A stretch of 64,000 nucleotides of DNA from the human T2T-CHM13v2.0 reference genome, Homo sapiens: assembly GCF_009914755.1 (NCBI RefSeq), contig NC_060925.1; one strand, written 5' to 3'. Positions within the stretch are counted from its first letter, which is position 1; each line of letters starts with the position of its first letter. A program made the translations under genes and the position numbers. This document shows positions 59,510-64,000 of this stretch, piece by piece. The notes under the pieces were generated by a model that searched no databases, was not told the DNA's origin, and was given only the letters and a program-made list of their open reading frames with translations.

Positions 59510-60905
59510 TCATGAAGATCACAAAATACACTAAATACACATTAAAGTAACACTGCTTCAGTATTTATATCAAAGTGAATGCATTGATTTAAGTAGATTA
59601 TAAAATTATAGCATTAATTAACAATGCTTGCCCAAAGGTCACTTGTACATCTCTCACAATTATATGACATCTATTCTTATAGCTAATGCTCATGCTCTGT
59701 CGCTTTAAATGAAGACACATTCAGTTATAGCTGACTTTCACTTTTTAGGTAAAGGGGTCTCTGAAAGTTGTTTGTGTGTATTGTTTGCAATTTACAAAAC
59801 ATTCCATTATAGAAACTATATGATAATTAGGATACAATAGAGATAAAGGACAATGGTAATCTTCTTACACATTCATAGAAGCACTGCCCTCAACAACAGC
59901 CTAAGCCTCTGGAAGGGAAGTCCCTTTTGCTCCTGCCATAGGCACCAACTCTGTCATTAATCCACTTAACAAATATTGTTGTGTGTCAAGTGCCTTTATA
60001 GGTATCGAAAATAAAATTGTTTACGAGAGAAACTGAATACTGTAGTTTAGAGACTGGAGGAGATTAATCGAAAAGTTGACAAGAATAGATCAGAAAACTC
60101 ATGATTATGACAAATGCTTTATTATAAACATGTATCATCTTTAACATGATTTATTTTCCTTTCAGATAGTAAAATTGGTCCATTTACATTTTTTTCTAAT
60201 TACTAACCAAAAAAGAACATACACATTATTAATAAGTTAGAACATACGCATTACTAAAATAATTACTACCTTATACATATACCCATTAGTAATGTATAGA
60301 ACACATACATTGATAATATATAAAGAACATATACATTACTAATATATTAGAACTTATTTTTGCTATCTTGTTTGTTTTTTCCTGCTTACATTTCCACATT
60401 TCTCTCAAACACCATGGCTATATGGGTTTAAGCATCCACTTAAGATGACAACTATTTTAAATTCCTGGAGACAAAAGATTTACAAATTTATTTCCTTGCC
60501 TGTGGTAGCAGTGTGTACTGTATCTTTGCCTGGGAAATGGCATTTGACTAAATGAAGTCTAAGACCTCTTAATAGCACCAGAAAGGTTCAGGTTATTGCA
60601 AAGTAGCCAGAAACTCTTCCAAATAATTATAGGGAATTGAGAGTCTGCTAGATCTGCATTCCTCAAGGCCTGCCAGAGCTCTGTTGACAGTCTCAAAGAT
60701 TCTTTGCTTTTATTCTGCCCTTCCCTGTGTTTTCACTATTTTCTTTCAAAATTCACAGATGTCTAGGAAACTTCCAGTTTTGCTGTTTTCAATTCATTAA
60801 CAGATGTTTCATTGTTTCACCATACTGCCATGTTTTTACTTGTTCCCTTCTATAAAAGAAGTATTCAACAAATATTTACTTTTTTCTCTACTTTTTCTAT
60901 TTTAG

Positions 60906-61088
60906 GAACATGCTCAAAATCAGATGTAGAAATTGAAAATGGATTCATTTCTGAATCTTCCTCTATTTATATTTTAAATGAAGAAACACAATATAATTGT
61001 AAACCAGGATATGCAACAGCAGATGGAAATTCTTCAGGATCAATTACATGTTTGCAAAATGGATGGTCAACACAACCAATTTGCATTA
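60906..61088 (+). CDS. CFHR4: CFHR4 exon 3 (SCR2)
   Basis: [61 protein letters not shown]; AG/GT, 183 nt. Confidence 0.96.
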
Positions 61089-62658
61089 GTAAGTTATTTA
61101 CATATTCCCACTCAGTTTCTGTCAACTTCTTTCCTCTCTTTGAGGTGATAGTGTTTTACAGAAAAAGATAGAAAACACTTTTAGGAGTAAAGAGATATAA
61201 ATACTTCTAACATCATCTAACATTCTGTGCCAAACTAAGTCTTTTTTGCCTTTTTAGAGTAATGGCTACTTGGGAAGATGATCATTCCATCTCTCTCAAT
61301 TCAATTTGCCTTTACGTAAAAGCAATCCCATCAGGTACAGACTAGTTAGGGAGCTGCATGGGAATATCAGCACAATGTATTACTTGTCAATAAAAACTTT
61401 GTTCTTTTCCCTTTCTTTGTATTTCAAAATTATCAACTGCTTGTATTGTATTCCTTGCTCACACTCTTAAGATGTACATGTTAGGGAAGGGATGAGTGCT
61501 TAATTCTGAGTTTCTGCTAGCATCAGGAAAATGAGACTTCAATAATTTGTATCAATGATGCAACTGAGGAGAACCAACTCAAAAAATTATTTCCAGCTTA
61601 TTGTCTAGTACAGAGAAAACAAGTAAAGAAAAAGAGTAAGTGGGTGGGCTGAATGTTTACAAACCTCATACTTGGCAATGGATTCCTTACAACTAAAGTT
61701 CTCTAAAACATTCCCAACTTGTAATTATTTATTAATAAAGAGATTGCATAATGAACAATGGAAACCTTGCAGTGGCAAAAGTTTATCTTTTTTGTCTTTC
61801 CTCTTTAGGCATTCACCAAGATTTGTAAAGATAAATCATTTAATGTATTTTTAACACACATATTGATATATAATTTACATACTGCAAAATCCACTTCATT
61901 TTCAAGGGTACAATTCAACTATTTTTAGCCATGAGACGAAATGGAAAGGACTACTGATATGTAATTGAACATGGATGAATCTCAAAAATATTAATCTAAG
62001 TGAGAAAAAAGAAAATGCTACACTTAGAAAGTGATTATCTCAAAGTTACTCTGAGGTTTGGGAGCTATAAAATATCAATTCGTACATTTCTAGAATACTG
62101 TTTTCAATTTCTATGCTTATCACGGGCTCTGCAAAAGACAAAGCTGTACACTTCAATCTGATTTGACCAGCTTTGATAAATGATCTAAGATTTGTAAAAT
62201 AAAAGATGCTTTAAAATTTTTATAGAACGTATATCCAATGAATATAATTTTAATCCAACTTATAAACCCTGTCAGTAAACTGAGTACATAAATATGTACA
62301 TTAACTTTTAAATTCACAAAATTTTATCTTCTTTAAAATAATACATTATAGTGATAAAGGTAGACTGTAATAACAGTCAATGAGGTGTTCACAAATAAAA
62401 ATAGATCTGACTAAATAGTCTTAATATGTTTTTCATAGGGTTTGAATAATGAGAAGGATCATTATAGGGAAATGTATTTTTCTCTTGTAATTAACTGTTA
62501 TAGCACAAAAAAAACACTGATTGTCGGACTATTTTTAATAGTACTCAATTTATTAGCACACACTGATTGGTAAATTTTATTCCTACAATGGGACTTTCTT
62601 AGTCGAGTTGTACATCATATGGCATAGAAAAGCAATCCTCAATTTTATTTTGTTTCAG

Positions 62659-62835
62659 AATTTTGTGATATGCCTGTTTTTGAGAATTCCAGAGCCAAGA
62701 GTAATGGCATGTGGTTTAAGCTCCATGACACATTGGACTATGAATGCTATGATGGATATGAAAGCAGTTATGGAAACACCACAGATTCCATAGTGTGTGG
62801 TGAAGATGGCTGGTCCCATTTGCCAACATGCTATA
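62659..62835 (+). CDS. CFHR4: CFHR4 exon 4 (SCR3)
   Basis: [59 protein letters not shown]; AG/GT, 177 nt. Confidence 0.96.
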
Positions 62836-63113
62836 GTAAGTATTTTATTCAAGTATTTCTTTTTACTAGAATTAAACAAATAGAAACATACATATGTATA
62901 TGTACACATATGTGTATGAATACATATGTGTACATATACATGTAGTCCTCATTTGAGTGTGAATTACCTTGAAACTTAAAAAAAAAGGTTGAAAATACAA
63001 ATGTCTTCCTAAGAAATCAAATAAGATACATTTAAGAGTATATAAAAAGCTTTATTCAGAAAGTTTCCAATAAAACTGTTGATTTTTCCCCAATGTAAAG
63101 TATTTTTTTTCAG

Positions 63114-63296
63114 ATTCTTCAGAAAACTGTGGGCCTCCTCCACCTATTAGCAATGGAGATACCACGTCCTTCCCGCAAAAAGTGTATCTGCCATGGTCAA
63201 GAGTCGAGTACCAGTGCCAGTCCTACTATGAACTTCAGGGTTCTAAATATGTAACATGTAGTAATGGAGACTGGTCAGAACCACCAAGATGCATAT
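63114..63296 (+). CDS. CFHR4: CFHR4 exon 5 (SCR4); gene continues beyond the window
   Basis: [61 protein letters not shown]; AG/GT, 183 nt. Confidence 0.96.
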
Positions 63297-63687
63297 GTAA
63301 GTTCTTAATATTCTGGATCTGAGAAAATTAGAGTAATAACTTTGATCCTTGTTTATTTATACTAAAATTTTTATGGGTTATTACCCTAGAACTGTGTTCA
63401 CAAACAGCTATTCTGCTGAATATTTGCCTTTCAGATCTTAATATATAAGTGTATAAGCTTGGAAAATTTTATGTAAACAATGACAAAGTTTCCTTTTAAA
63501 AACAGGAATGTTCAGAGACCTCAATTTGTTAATGGACACAATGAGTTTTCAAGAATGATATCCATTTATTGCACACATATGAAATACAGCATCTCACCTT
63601 AACATCAATAACCATTTTCACATTATTAATACTTAGGTAAACAGTTTTCAAAGAGTTTTGAAAACACTGTTTTAAAAACCATGGATG

Positions 63688-64000
63688 TGGAACCAACCCA
63701 AATGTCCAGACCCAAATGACAGACTAGATAAAGAAAATGTGGCACATGTACACCATGGAATACTATGCAGCCATAAAAATGGATACGTTCATGTCCATGT
63801 CAAAAGTGACATGGAGGAAGCTGGAAACCATCCTTCTCAGCAAACTATCACAAGAACAGAAAACCTAGCACCACATGTTCTCACTCAGATGTGGGAACTG
63901 AACAAGGAGAACAGGTGGACTCAGGGAGGGGAACATCACACACCAGGGTCTGTCACAGGATGGGGAGCTAGGGGAGGGATAGCATTAAGAGAAACACCTA
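63688..64000 (+). mobile_element. L1PA ORF2 end/3' UTR fragment, runs off the window
   Basis: GGAACCAACCCAAATGTCC..GATAAAGAAAATGTGGCAC..GGGAGGGATAGCATT. Confidence 0.9.

Noticed and set aside
60205-60355. Short spaced repeats (GAACATA(C/T)ACATTA..) resembling a CRISPR-like array
   Set aside because: Irregular AT-rich degenerate minisatellite in human DNA; no constant repeat-spacer structure.

Overview
Human (primate) genomic DNA from the complement factor H (CFH/CFHR) cluster at 1q31.3; all genes are on the + strand. The right third holds the 5' part of CFHR4: signal-peptide exon 43938-43995 and four SCR exons at 58216-63296. The left two thirds hold an unprocessed CFH/CFHR3-like pseudogene built from a duplicated CFHR promoter and exon 1 (6014-6071), a CFH-SCR6-like exon with a premature stop, a CFH-SCR7-like exon with a dead donor, and a fully open CFH-SCR8-like exon (40355-40537). 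Its long intron contains a near-complete, decayed ERV1-class provirus (about 21869-32169), two twin-primed L1PA insertions and a GC-rich processed retrocopy. Best observations: (1) the provirus leader contains what looks like the paralog of the FHL-1 terminal exon, with its poly(A) region lying in an internally duplicated LTR R/U5 segment, suggesting FHL-1 arose by ERV exaptation; (2) CFHR4 intron 1 contains a CFH-SCR5-like fossil exon whose compensating frameshifts leave it open, in phase and flanked by intact splice sites; (3) a deleted SCR7 fossil exon lies in CFHR4 intron 2; (4) there is a 139-bp inverted templated insertion inside ERV pol. Protein and repeat-family comparisons are from memory, not from searches.
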